Notes under the pieces: generated by a model
Seen by the model: the letters and a program-made list of their open reading frames with translations, nothing else
Databases searched by the model: none
Told to the model about the DNA's origin: nothing
DNA from: Octopus sinensis
Lineage: Eukaryota
Direction of reading: 5' to 3'
DNA length: 64,000 nt
Assembly (NCBI RefSeq): GCF_006345805.1
Contig: NC_042998.1
Coordinates: 55,366,001 to 55,430,000, forward strand
In this document: positions 50,338 through 64,000 of the stretch, in pieces
Position numbering within the stretch: the stretch's first letter is position 1
Layout of the letters: every line of letters begins with the position of its first letter
Position numbers and translations under genes: made by a program

Positions 50338-50660
50338 GGCGCAGGCGTGGCTGTGTAGTAAGAAGCTTGCTTCACAACTACATTCTTCCGGGTTCAGTCC
50401 CACTGCGTGGCATCTCGAGCAAGTGTCTGCTATTATAGCCTCGGGCCGACCAAAGCCTTGTGAGTGGATTTGTAGATGGAAACTGAAAGAAACCCGGCGT
50501 ATATATATATTTGTGGTGTGATTACGTCCCTGTAACTTAGTGGTTCAGCCAAAGGTCTGATAGAATAAGCACCAGGTTTAAAAAATTAAGTACTAGCTTC
50601 GATTCATTCGACTAAAAATTCAAGGCTGCAGTCTAATGAATGAAACAAATAAAAGATAAA
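50338..50660 (+). mobile_element. SINE family A, internally shortened
   Basis: ggcgcaggcgtggctgtgtagtaag...gggttcagtcccac. Confidence 0.8.
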
Positions 50661-51722
50661 AGACATGCATGGTACTTATATTATGGCCCAGATGCGCCTG
50701 AAAATCAAAGTGATATTCAGACAAGGTTTGAGTTCAGAACAGAGCAAGTGAAAAATGAAATTTGTTATCTTATCATCTTGAGCAAAAATATCGATTTCTC
50801 GCATTGGTGAAATGGTTAGAAATTTTCAGGAAATTTTGTATAGCCTTCATTTATTCAACTATCCTCTTTTCGAGCTTGACTATCCCAAAACAAATGCGAA
50901 TATGATTTGAAAATGTAGGTAACAACCAAAAATAGTGAAACAGACCAGGCGATGCGTTGTATTCTTGAGCAAAACACTTCATGTCATGTTGCTCCATTCC
51001 ACTCTGCTGCAAATGAGTAATTGGCGTCAAATTCAGGGGTAATTTTTGTGATCTCGGTTACTTATACGCCATGGAAAATGAATAACCGGTCCCACGAGTC
51101 CTGGGGGCTCGAGGCAATACTTGCTCAAGGTGACCAACTGTCAAAACCGTTTGCACTTCGAACAAAATACTTAGCGGCATTCCTTCCGGCTCTTTAAGTT
51201 CCAAGTTCAAATACTGCCAAGACTGAATTTGCCTTTCATCTTTTCGGACTCGATAAAATAAGCATCAGTAAAGGACTTGGTTCAATGCAATCGACTAATT
51301 GTTCCCTCAAAATTAGAAAAGATTCTAGATTAGGTTACACTGACATCCATCACAAAATATGCGAGTATATTTTAATTGAACGATGACCATCCATTCTCAA
51401 AATAAAATGTTTCACTATTTTTGGTTGTTACCTACATTTTACTGTGTGTATCCTAAAAACGACTCTACATTAGAAATATAATTGTTATTGATTGCCTTTC
51501 TTAATTATTTAGTTTTCATTTAATCCTCAACTATGAATTCAATACGCCACTTACTTTTTTTCTTTTTACATTATAAAACCTCTAATTATTGAATACAAAT
51601 GTCAAGCTGTATCAGCTTCTAAGTATATTTCATCGTAAACGTTCACACAGAGAAACGCATGCACACATACACGCCAAAAACGAACAAGACACAGATACAG
51701 AAATGCATACATACACACACAC

Positions 51723-51808
<86 letters not shown>

Positions 51809-51850
51809 CATACATACATACATACATACCTACATACATACATACATACA

Positions 51851-51884
<34 letters not shown>

Positions 51885-51943
51885 CATACATACATAAATA
51901 CATACATACATACATAACATACATACATACATACATACATACA

Positions 51944-51977
<34 letters not shown>

Positions 51978-52691
51978 CATACGTACATACATATGTTCGT
52001 ACAAAATTATAAATTAGTTGAGTCAGCACTAACACACTTAATGTAGCGAGTAAAAAAAAATTTCTAATTAATCCAAACACTCCCTATAGTGAGAAGAGGA
52101 ACATATTAGACCAGACGTTTTCAATTACTGTATCGTGGCACATCTGTGTGCCGTGTATGGCCCGCAGGTGTGCCACGTGTATTGGAGGCGAGTCAGAAAA
52201 TGAGAGAATATTTAGAAACTTTACGTGTTTTTAATGCACTGCATGAGTAGACGAGTATTCCTTCGCAACTATGTAGAATATGTGTGTGGGGTGGGTGGGT
52301 GCGAGTACCGATTTAATAGATAAAGCTGTCTTTATAGTCCCATTTTGTTTTAAGACAATTTTAATTTTACTATTTTTTTATACAATAAAGCTTTTAAAAA
52401 AATGGGAGAATGCTGTAACAATTAGCGGTTTATTCAATGCACTACTGATTGGAAAAGGATGAAAATTTTTGCTTAAAATCAACATGTCAGACAAAACAGC
52501 CGAAGAATTCGAAATCTCAAATAACCGAAACGGAACGATAAATTAGAATAACATTAGAATTCTTTTGGGGGCGTGAGTGAAAAAAAAATAGCGCAATGGC
52601 TAATAGTAAATTAATCTGTTCTATGGCAAGCACGGTGACAACACCGAGAATATTTTAGCCTAATTATTCTTCGATATATATTTTACTCAAG

Positions 52692-52893
52692 ATGGCGAGC
52701 TGACAGAATCGTTATCGAGCCTGGCAAAATGCTTAGCTGCATTTCGTCCATCTTTACTTTCTGAGTTAAAATTCCGCCGAGGTTGGTTTTTACCTTTTGG
52801 GGTCGATAAAATAACTACTGGTTGTACACTGAGATCGATAAAATCGACTTACGCTCTTCACCCGAAATTGCTGGCCTTGTACCAAATTTTGAA
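52692..52893 (+). mobile_element. SINE family B
   Basis: gatggcgagctgacagaatcgtt...gagttaaaattccgccgagg. Confidence 0.75.
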
Positions 52894-54315
52894 ACCAATA
52901 TATATTTCATATTTTTTAAATTACACTTTTATAAAGAAGAATGCCTAACTCGAACTGATGTTATTATTTTTGCTATCATGCGTTAGTCGTTGTTATCTGA
53001 ATGGAACCATACAACACTCAAATGTTGTCTGCACGTAACCTTGACCTCAACATCATTATTTTTGTGGAAGCTTCCAGTTAAGACCTGGAAGATTTTCTTA
53101 TATATATAGCAACTATCATGTGTAGATAAACTAAGTATTCCAAATGCTGATGTTAGTATAGATACTGTAAATACATTTAGGGATATTGACCTGTTGCAAG
53201 ACAATAGCTCAAACGACCATAGTTTTCAAAGTCTCATATAATATTCTTTGGAAACTTTATCATTACTCACAGCACATTTGAAAGATAAACTTTCATCAAC
53301 ATCTCCGTAGGACGTATTGAATGGAGTATGGTAGATAAAGACTCCATTGGCGCAAAGGTTTTGAGGCTTTTCTGCATTCGCGTTTCAAGTATGAACATTC
53401 CTTTATCAGCAGAAACTATGTTTACTAAACTGATTTTCAACAGTGTATGTATTTTTAATATACATTTTAAAATTATCCACAAAGAAATTATATTGGTGTC
53501 TCTTCAATTTGTACAACCTATCTCATAATCACAAGATTTTTGTTAAATAAATGGCAATGAATTTAGTATCAAAATATGCAAATGTACACATAGAATGTCT
53601 CCTTCAAATATTACCCTTGAAATATTTATGACATCCTAAATAATTATTTCGGTTACAGTTAAAAGTGAGACAAATATAAACAGCTAATATTGGTCGGTGT
53701 CAACCATGAATGAAGAATAGAATCGAATGCATTTTTATAATCAATTTATACTACCACAAGTGGCTCACGGTGTTTTCTTACTTCAGACGGCACAGGTTAT
53801 TTATTAAAAGTTATTTGGTCTATCTTCGCACTCGTTGCTTTCTTCCTGCTTGCACATCATCCATTATATTATTGAACTCGCAATGATCATATAGGAACTC
53901 TGAGACAGATTGTGTAATGTTCGCACATAATGTTTAGGTAAGCAATAGGAATTTAGATTTCTGCCAAGACAATGTTTTCATTCCTTGTAAAATGACTTGA
54001 TCACACTTTAGCAAACCAATTTGGTATGTTAATTCAGAATTCTATAATTCATTTAACTTTACATATTAGTACATATCTGTAGAAAATCAACATCTTTCTC
54101 TTGTACCCAACAATTAAGCCTCTTTCTAGTTCTTCACGTTATGTAATTTTCACCATGTTTTCAAAGTTGATCGTTTGCAGATACGTATGTATGCATCTAT
54201 CTATCTATATGCGTGTGTATAAGCATGTATGTATGTGTGTATATATATGTTCATGCTTCTATGCATCAATATTACTCCAACCTTCGATTTGTATGTATTC
54301 ACTAGTGTGTATAAG

Positions 54316-54377
<62 letters not shown>

Positions 54378-55037
54378 TGCATATATTTATATTATATATA
54401 TAATATATATATATTATATATATATATATTATATATATATATATATATATAATATAAATATATGCATATATACATACATATAAGTACATACCTATATATT
54501 TATGTATGTATACATGCATATATGGGTACAGGATATCAAAAACACGTGAACAAAAAGAGAAACGAGAACATAAAAAACATAGAAGACGAATTTTTTTCGA
54601 ACAACGAAAGAAACAAATAGAGAAACGAGACAGGCAACATAAAGAACATTTCTTTCATGAGTTGTCTCCTGTTTTATCTACTCCGCGTTACGAAGGTAGG
54701 GACAAAACGCGACTTCGTTAAAACAGTCCTACCTGCAAAGCAAATTAAATAAAATTTGGGTTTTTTGCAGAGGGTTAAAGTGGGAGCAAAAACAGGACAG
54801 GGAGAACAAAACAGTAAAAGCAAACGGTGAGGGCTGTTAAGTCAAGACGATGTGAAGTGGTGAACGCTGGAAAAACGAGCTTTGAAAAGAGACAAGTAAA
54901 AGCACGTCTTGTTTTTAGGAAGGAAGTGGAAGAAAGAAAGATAGATAGCCGTTGGTCACGTGTGACCGACGAGAGAGTCAAGGAGGAAGAGTGAGAGTGA
55001 GAGTGTTAGAGGTGACGGTGAAGGGGAGAGGAGACGA

Positions 55038-55076
<39 letters not shown>

Positions 55077-56048
55077 CGTATGTATGTATACTTATTTATT
55101 ATGTATTTGTCTATATATATAATATATATATGTATATTTATATGTATATAGCTATTTATCTATCAATATACATACACACATATATATGTATATATAGGTA
55201 GGTAGATAGATAGATAGATAGATAGAACAGAGACAGGAAATGCAAGTGCTTTACATAGCTTCTAACAAGGTTTATACCCGAATATAATTATATATATATG
55301 TGTGTGTGGTGTGTGTGGTGTGTGTGTGTTGTGCGTGTGTGTGTGTGTGCACGCACATATATATCACATACATATAAACATACATGCATACATACATTTT
55401 TGCGTACATACATTTATAAGCTCGTCCAAAATCAGGGGAAACCAGAATATTTACAGTTCTTCGAAACCTACGCTATTTTTACACTTATCATACCAATTTT
55501 ACACTTGCATACAAAAAAAGTAATTACATAGATCATGCATTTACACTTATGTCAATAACTATCTGCGCACTTCGTGATATTATTTACTTTCTAATATTGA
55601 GAAGTATAAGTTTTGGAGCAAAAATAAAATCTATATTACAATATATACACCCTTATGTAGATATTATAAGTTATTCTTTCTTTCCCACCAAGTTTCTTTC
55701 TCCAAATATTTCTTGTTTTCGCATGCATTTTCACTCTGTTTTGCCTTATCTGTCAGTCGCTGTTAGCCACTCTATCACTTAGTTTTTTCTTTTTTTTTCC
55801 TTTTATTAATTCAGTTTGGAAGAGGGATTTTTGTCCGAAATGTCGCAGAATCAGTTTATTATGGCAATATTAATTTACACTTTTTGTTTATTACATTAAA
55901 TACAATCGCCGCTAACATAGGTCGCTTGTAGTCTTTCTGGATTGTTTATTTTATAACACATATACGCACGCATATAAACGTGCATATATATGTGCGTATA
56001 TACATACATAAATATATATATATACATATATATACATATATAATATAT

Positions 56049-56105
<57 letters not shown>

Positions 56106-56448
56106 CATAATTGTATATACATATATATATATATTTTATATATGCATATATATATATATACATACATACATACATACATACATATACGCATGTAGGTAGG
56201 TAAGTATGTATGTATGTATGTATGTAGGTAGGTAGGTAGGTAGGTAGGGTATGCAATCGAATTACGGAATCGCTAGAGCAAAGGATACAAAAAATGCTGT
56301 CTTTGCACTTTATTTTATTTATTCATTTATTGACTTATTGATTAATTCGCTCGTTCTGCGATTTGGGTTCATATCCACAAAGCTTCATTTTGCTTTTTAT
56401 TTTTTCAATGTCTATAGACGTGTGTGAGTGTATGTAAGTATGTTTGTG

Positions 56449-56500
<52 letters not shown>

Positions 56501-58254
56501 GCTTTGTATGTCAGCGTTGTTTGTCAGTAAAGTTATAAACATCTCAGACTTTCGAACAAAGCCAATAAACTTTAAAAAAAAAAAGGTTGTAGTATTTGCT
56601 CCGTTACAATTATACAGACACTCTCTTGTCCCTCTTAACATCGCAAATGTTGTAAACCGGTGCATTTGAATGAAAGTTCTTTGTGATATTTGTTCCAACT
56701 GAGTTATACAGATGCTGTCGTTACATTTACCAGTAATGGTTTCATGGGATGCATGTTTCTCACACTTAATCACTCAGCGCGTCATTTTTTTTTTGTTTTG
56801 TTTTTTAAGAAAGAATCTTTGAACGTCGAATAAAATACCTTACTGTATTTAGTTACGTCCCGTTACGTTTTGATTAGAAAACCTATCGAGGTCGACTTTG
56901 CCTCTCGTGCTGCGGGATGTGAGGAATAAAATAAAGTATCCGCCAAGCACTTTATTTTATCGATGCAAATGGAATCATAATAGAAGCTGAAGACCATTAA
57001 GAAGCATTGCCTTTATATAGCTGTGTATGTTGCTGTAAGGAAAAGGTTAGCAATGCTACTGGCCGTGTGAGCGAATTTATTGGTGAGCAATGGATATTTC
57101 TTTTGGGTTGTGGAAGAAAACATTTAATATATTATTGTCAGTGAGATGATTAATGTGAATACTGAAGTTATTTCTTATAATCACGATAGCTTGATTGAAA
57201 ATGACGATGAAAACGTCATACAAATCATGTATAACATTTCGTTCCTTTTAAAGTGCACACATTTTCTAGTTAATAAATTAAAATGTTTTTCATTGCATTC
57301 AACAGTTAATATTTACAAGATTTAAAGGAGATATATCTGCACTGAATATCACTTTTTATGATTATTACAGTGTATCGAAAGGAAATAATAAATTGCTGAA
57401 TAAACGTATACTGGAGAATGTCGTATTGAAATTTCGATTTGAAATAATCCGTTCTGTTTCAGATAAAGTTTCATCTATAAACTTATTGTTAAATGTTCAT
57501 GCAGATAAGATAACTCCATTTTGATTATTATAGACGAGCTCTCCATAGTCAATGAGATATTGCATCTCGTTTACGGCAGTAAAAGTAACATTTGTAGTTT
57601 AAGGACGGCAAAATATTTAATGCTGTCATAACATATAATAACTTCGTATAGTTTGTTTCTTGTTTATGTCTAGTTGCACTCTGGTTAAGTGTCTCTACTG
57701 TTTGAACAATACGGTAGTTTGCACTTAGAGAACACGATATCACAAAGATTAAAAAAAAACAAAACCAATTGCCCATTAAGTATCAAAAGCGAATTCTGGA
57801 ACATTTTTCAGTGAAAAATAGCATTTGATAAATACTTCTTCGAATTTCCGAACATGCTGGATATGTGTACAAATGACAGAAGATTGTGTTGTAATGTGTG
57901 GTGTGCTGTATGTATGCATGTGAGTGAGTGTATGCCTATATATTCATGTGTATAGTTATATATAAGCATATATATTATGTTCATATATACAACACACATA
58001 TTCAACCTGCAACCCCTAAGTATATATATATATATATAAGACAGTATGTTCGTTTCAATTATTGTGTTACAGTGTAGCTAATATATTATCAAGAAGTGAT
58101 GAAATGATGATATGATAGGTGTAGAAGCTAGTGGTTAGTTAAACTATTGCAACATTCCACTTTCCAATTAGGAACTCGTGTGTACGTAGACTATAATGAA
58201 TAGTCTTATAACAGACTGGTCTACAAAGAGAAACACAAAAAAAAAAAAGTAGTA

Positions 58255-58341
58255 GAAGAAAATAAAGGAAAAGAGAAAGAAAGAGAGGCAGAGAGAATGA
58301 AAAGGAGAGAAAGAAGAAGAAAAGAAAGAGAGAAAGGGCCA

Positions 58342-58374
<33 letters not shown>

Positions 58375-58431
58375 AGAAGAAAAAGGAAAGAAAGAGAAAG
58401 AAGAAAGAAGATAAGAAAGAAGAAAGAAAAA

Positions 58432-58496
<65 letters not shown>

Positions 58497-58520
58497 AGAA
58501 AGAAAGAAAGAAAGAAAGGA
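58255..58520. repeat. (GAAA)n / purine-rich tract
   Basis: Directly visible; source of the K/E/R-rich and F/L/S-rich ORFs. Confidence 0.95.
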
Positions 58521-59399
58521 GATGTGAAATTGAATAGCCCGGAAAGTGTAGAAGACGAGAATATATTAATTCATAAAGAAATAGTGAGAACAACCGAGCA
58601 AATGTGAGAGAGGTTTAGCATGGAACGGATAATATAAAAAGTGTGAGAGAAGAGATAAGGAGGAAAAAGAGAGTGAAAGGAAGAGAAAGCACCTGCATTT
58701 CTAGGTACGTACGCAAATTACATATTCTTCTCCACCCCAGTCACTTCCACTATGTAATTTAATGCAAACCTTTAACCATCTACCCCCGTCTGAATCTCAT
58801 TAAAGCTCGCTGCCAAAACAATTATTAACACATCGACATAATCAGTAAGCCGCCGTAATATTAACAGGAATGTGCTTTTTCTGACAACTTATTTAATAAA
58901 TATCGTATGAAAACAGCTTCAAATTAAGCCCACTTTTCAATTTGTCTTACTATGCACTAGATTCAATTACGGGCACTGCCCACGCTATTTTATTCCTGTA
59001 CTCATTAATTATATACTGCATGTGGCAAAGAGTAGGTTGGTAAGTGGTTGAATCGTAGAACTGCAGATTAATTATTTTGAGGTATTTAGTTACAGTCTAA
59101 ATTCAAATCTCGTAGAGGTCAATTCTCCTTGCCTGTTTGAGGTGCGATAAAATAAGATCCAGTTTACTACGGGGTCAATTTAATCGTCTAAACTCTCCAA
59201 CTGAAATGCATGTGCTTACGTTAGAATTATTTATTTATTTATTTATTACATTATTTTTTTTTTTTGTTTTAAGGCTGATTTGTAGAATGGCGGCCAACAT
59301 TTTGTCTCACCCATTCATTTTTACCTTACATCGAGGCCGTATGCCAACGAAGTTCACTTGGCTTTCAATCTTTTTCAGATGCATAAATTAATGTTTTTT

Positions 59400-60230
59400 G
59401 ATTTGGGTATTAGGCCAGCGATTTTGAAGGGATGGAGTTTAATCGATTATATCGTCTGAGTAGTGCTTCAATTTATTTGTCCCCGAAAGGTAAAGTTGGC
59501 ATCAACGGTATTAGAACTCAGAATTAAAGAGCCAGAACAATTATTTGAAACCATTAACCCGACACTCTAACGATTCTACCAACTTGCTACATCTGTCATA
59601 AACTAGAGTTGATTTCATTGGCCGTGACATCATCGTTGATATGTAACAATGTTTAAAACCATTATTATTGTTTCTAAAAGGCAGCGAGCTGACAGAATCG
59701 TTAGAGCGCCGGGAGAAATGCCTTGCAATATTTCTTTTCATTATGTGTTCAAATATCGCCAGTCATCTTTGTGAGGTCAGTAGAATAAAGTACTAGTCAA
59801 GAACTATGGTCAATGGTATTGACTAATCTTCTCCCCTCAAAGAAACTATTATTATTTACTAATGATCTAGTCACATGTTCTCATGCCTTTCTTCGAAGTG
59901 CGATGCTGATTATATGCTTGAGGTTCAGTTATCTGGAGTCACCCACGTGTTTCTTAGTCTCTCTCTTACTCCCCTCTCTCTTTCTCTCAACATCTGTATA
60001 TATTTATCTCTGTCCTTCTAGTATTTGTTTTATATTTATTTTCTAAATCTCCAAAGGCGACGTGCTACCAGAATCGTTAGCACGCCAGGCAAAATGCTGA
60101 ACGGCATTTCTCCAGGATTTTCATTTTGAGTTCAAATTCTGCCGATGTAGACTTTGTCTTTCATCCTTCGGGGCCGATAAAATAAGCATCATTTGAGCGC
60201 TGGAGGTCGATGTAATTGACTAGTTCCTGT
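59400..60230. mobile_element. Cluster of three diverged family B SINEs (minus about 59400-59590; plus about 59679-59830 and 60054-60230)
   Basis: ggcagcgagctgacagaatcgttag and ggcgacgtgctaccagaatcgttagc heads; reversed head near 59570-59590. Confidence 0.65.
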
Positions 60231-60667
60231 TCAACACTAGTTATGGGTTCCAGTCAAATGACTAAATGTTAAGCTTAATATTTCTTAATAAAGAAATATT
60301 TCTTAATATTTCTTTATATAATACCCAAATATTTACGAGGTGTTCTTAACCCGTTAACTGTGAAATTAAATTTCTTGGTTATTCTGCTGATGATTTTAAA
60401 TATCAAACAAAATTAGAATTAGTATTTTTTGTAAATTACCTCAATAATATAGACACATCTCAACAAAATATAGTTTCAAATAAAATATTCCTCAGGAAAA
60501 GATACATTGCTATATAAACCTGCTTTCCACAATTAAGAGTAATGAAATTTTTGGTGGATATATATGGTTTCCTCAGTAAAAGGGCTAAATATTCCTTTAT
60601 ATTGATATTGACAGCGAGAATAACTTGAGAGTGCTGATGCCGTTTGAACGCAATACCACTAGTCGTA

Positions 60668-60883
60668 TACGAGGGGGTAAGGTTCCTGGCTTCAAGGATA
60701 CCACGAAATACCTGGTTAGAGGCTCAACTTGCCGAGTTCTTTCACAGGACTTAGAAAAATTGCAGAACCGCTGCAATAATTGTGTGAATCTGAGAGGGGA
60801 ATACGTTGAACAAAATCATAATTAAGTGATCCTCCTGTATTTTCTTTTACCTAAAGTCAGAAACTTTTCAGCGCTCCATCGTA
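60668..60883 (+). mobile_element. Mariner-derived miniature element
   Basis: Ends tacgaggggg...gttcctggctt / aaagtcagaaacttttcagcgctccatcgta; internal LEKLQNRCNNCVNLRGEYVE resembles a mariner C-terminus. Confidence 0.65.
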
Positions 60884-61117
60884 TGTCCTCGATGCATTTG
60901 TTTATCGGCAACATTCTCGTTGATGTGCACACAAACACATTTTCACATAAGCACATGCACGGGCATATTTTTTTGTTATCGCTGTTTCAGATAATAATAA
61001 TCAGTTAGTGACGTTAACTAGAGTTTATAAGAAAATCTTCGGTGTATTTGGGTAGTATTGACTTTTCTTTTTTTTTTTTTTTTGTAACAATAAACGTTTC
61101 ATAATATATTCTATGAA

Positions 61118-61520
61118 GGTGGCGAGCTGGCAGAAACGTTAGCACGCCGGGCGAAATGCGTAGCCGTATTTCGTCTGCCGTTACGTTCTGAGTTCAAATT
61201 CCGCCGAGGTCGACTTTGCCTTTCATTCTTTCGAGGTCGATAAATTAAGTGCCAGTTACGCACTGGGGTCGATGTAATCGACTTAATCCGTTTGTCTATC
61301 CTTGTTTGTCCCCTCTGTGTGTAGCCCCTTGTGGGCAGTAAAGAAATAGGTGTTTCGTCTATCTTTACTTTCTGAGTTCAAATTCTAGCGAGGGCGACTT
61401 TGCCTTTCTTCCTTTCGAGGTCGATAAATTAAGTACCAGTTGCGTAGTGAGGTCGATCTACACGACTGGTCCACTCCCCCAAATTTTCGGGCCTTGCGCC
61501 TAGAGTAGAAAAGATTATTT
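61118..61520 (+). mobile_element. Dimeric family B SINE
   Basis: Same two-unit layout as 45061-45450. Confidence 0.85.
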
Positions 61521-61572
61521 TCAGTGATCAAGATGGGTAGCTTCCACTGTAAGTGCGTATGTGATATATATA

Positions 61573-62256
61573 TGATGTGGTATCAAAAAGATTTCCGGAC
61601 TAGTTCTGTGGCGTGCCAATAGATGGCAGCATACGTTAGTGTCCGCTGTGAGACCTTCATGAGGCAATGTGTCGTACGCAATGTTGCAAGTGGCACAGGT
61701 ACTTCCAAAGGAAAAGAACGACCCTGGCAGACGATGAGCGATCTAGAAGACCTTTTACGAGAAATGTGGAGTAAATGCATTAGCTTGTGCACGAGGATTG
61801 TCGGAAACCAGTCAACGATGTTTGGAGCGTTCGAGGGAGCACATTCGGTGAGAGCGACCGGATCTGCGGAGCGCGACGAATTGGATTCTTCACAACGACA
61901 ATGCACCCTGTCACCGAGCTGTCCCCACCCGTGAATTTCTCGTCAAAACCATCATGGTATCGCTTCCGCACCCCCATCTATATTCGCCAGATTGAACACC
62001 TGCGGATTTCCCTTAAGAGGCAGTTCAAATGTAGTCGTTTTAGTAGCAAAGAGCGAGAACGTATCGCAGAGGGTCCCCGACTCGCTTACGGAAAACGACT
62101 TATAGGCCGGATTCCAAAAGTGGCAGGAACGCCAGGATCAGTGTATTGCAGCGCATGGTAACTATTTTGAAGGAGATAATGTTTAAAACTTAAGTCAAAA
62201 GTTATTTTTTTTATTAAATTTAAATAGTCCAGGAATTGTTTGATACCACCTCTTAT
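61573..62256 (+). mobile_element. Internally deleted mariner element with both TIRs
   Basis: TIRs gtggtatcaaaaagatttccggact / agtccaggaattgtttgataccac; WILHNDNAPCH...PHPHLYSPD and GFQKWQER..QCIAAHGNYFEGD. Confidence 0.85.
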
Positions 62257-62298
62257 ATACATATGCAGATACATATATATATAAAGAGAGAGAGGGGG

Positions 62299-62362
<64 letters not shown>

Positions 62363-62363
62363 T

Positions 62364-62407
<44 letters not shown>

Positions 62408-62672
62408 GTTGATAGATATTTCGATGCGAATGGTTTTGTTATACGGTGCCGTGTTTTTCAATCATACAAAAACTAATAAAGGTATCTATATATATATATA
62501 TATAGGCATGTATGTATACACATGTATGCACATATACACACACACATATATATGTATATATATATTTATATATATATAAATATATCTAATAATATATATC
62601 AAATATGAAGGTCACAGCTAGCTCTCAGAGCGCACATTACCGTATGGTGCCATATATTGATGATACCAGAAG

Positions 62673-62724
<52 letters not shown>

Positions 62725-62857
62725 GTGTAGAGAGAGAGAGGAGGGGGAGGTGTGTATTCATATATGTTTCATGAAAATGCATATAGTTGAATATATACTT
62801 ATAAATATATTCGTACATGTAAATATATATATATATATATTTCAAAATGTGACCTCG

Positions 62858-63050
62858 TGTGTACCGTTGGCTATTTTTTTCCTCTGTCTCCCTTCTCTGG
62901 ATCTTTCTTTCTCCTATGTTTCCGACAAAGAGCTCCACTCGAAACGTTAAACCCTCTTTCTTTCCTTCTTTCCTGATCGTCCAATAATATTATATTTGTT
63001 CCACGTCCTCGCGTTGTTGTTTTTTTTGTGCTTTCTTGTTTGGATTACCT
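62858..63050 (+). mobile_element. Second copy of the 14906-15110 pseudo-LTR-like repeat; diverged inverted partial copy at about 63202-63300
   Basis: Near-identical text; hammerhead-like motif at 62918-62952 with G8 changed (ccgacaa). Confidence 0.65.
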
Positions 63051-63148
63051 TTATATATATATATATATATTTATATATTTTTTCAATTTCTCATTTCATT
63101 AAAATTTTCTTTCAATTTAGCATTCTGCATTTTTACAATTTTTCCTTG

Positions 63149-63201
<53 letters not shown>

Positions 63202-64000
63202 GGTTAATCCAACAGGAAAACACAAAGAAAAACACAACAACGCGAGGGCGTGGAACAAGTATAGTGTTATTGGACGCTCAGGAAAAGAAAGAAAGAAGGA
63301 TATATATATATATATGTATACACACACGCATATATATATGTGTAGATGTGTGTGTGTCTGTGTATAAATGTATATATACGTATATATACAGATATATATT
63401 TATATGTTTACATATATATATATAAATATTAATACATTTATAGACACAAATATATATATAAATATACATATATATATGTATATATATGAATATACACATA
63501 TATATGTGTATGTATGTATGAATGTATATATGTATGCATATTCGTATACATATATACATATTTATGTATAAAATTTATATGTATTTATATTCATATATAT
63601 AAATATACAGGCATGTGAGATGCAAACAGGAAAAATAGAACTCAAAATATGAGCACATGTATATTTTTATTAATATATAGCATCAGCAACAGAGTGACTC
63701 AAGATATGAGTGTTTCGTGTATTGGCACTTATTATATGTATATACATTTGTATATATGTATACATATATTAATATACATACATTTACATATATTTATTTC
63801 TATGTATATATATATATATATATATATAGTAATAGAATAATTACTATGAAGCATTGTGTAGAATATATAGTATAAAAGATCGTGGGTAAGGCCAAAACAA
63901 TGCGAAGTAAATGGAAGGTAAATCACACGAAAAAATATGTGAATTAATGTAGATTTACCTTATATTCAATATTTGGGGTTATGGCTTCATTTTCAAGAAA

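Noticed and set aside
52980-53530. Short ORFs with hydrophobic stretches in unique sequence
   Set aside because: Overlapping ORFs on both strands, none with a recognisable motif or coherent splice sites.
55812-55848. TGGAAGA-GGGA..TCC-GAAATGTC hammerhead-like remnant
   Set aside because: Two core changes and no stem I; too degenerate to call.

Overview
Metazoan, AT-rich, microsatellite-saturated intergenic or intronic DNA. The SINE families, LINE remnants and decayed C2H2 zinc-finger text look like a cephalopod (octopus-type) genome; that assignment is an inference, as no database was searched. No intact protein-coding gene is supportable, and nearly all ORFs in the track are translations of (TA)n, (TATG)n, (GT)n, (GATA)n or (GAAA)n. 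Recognisable content: three tRNA-headed SINE families in many copies; two R4/Dong-type RLE LINE remnants set in (TAA)n; two RTE fragments; a CR1/L2-like fragment; three mariner derivatives; hAT and pogo-like MITEs; a Helitron helicase fragment; and a decayed C2H2 zinc-finger stretch. The standout is a non-coding ~473-bp unit at 19761-21918, repeated about 2.25 times in one orientation and about 2.3 times inverted. It carries four complete, canonical type I hammerhead ribozyme folds exactly one monomer apart, with a self-complementary stem III, and sits in the internal (TA)n tract of a SINE. This is the architecture of a retrozyme or Penelope pseudo-LTR array that could yield circular RNA. Three further, unrelated hammerhead folds (5126-5176 in a perfect 132-bp palindrome, 12992-13032, 40146-40233) and several degenerate ones occur, mostly beside (TA)n. 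All alignments and folds were done by eye; boundaries are approximate unless exact motifs are quoted.
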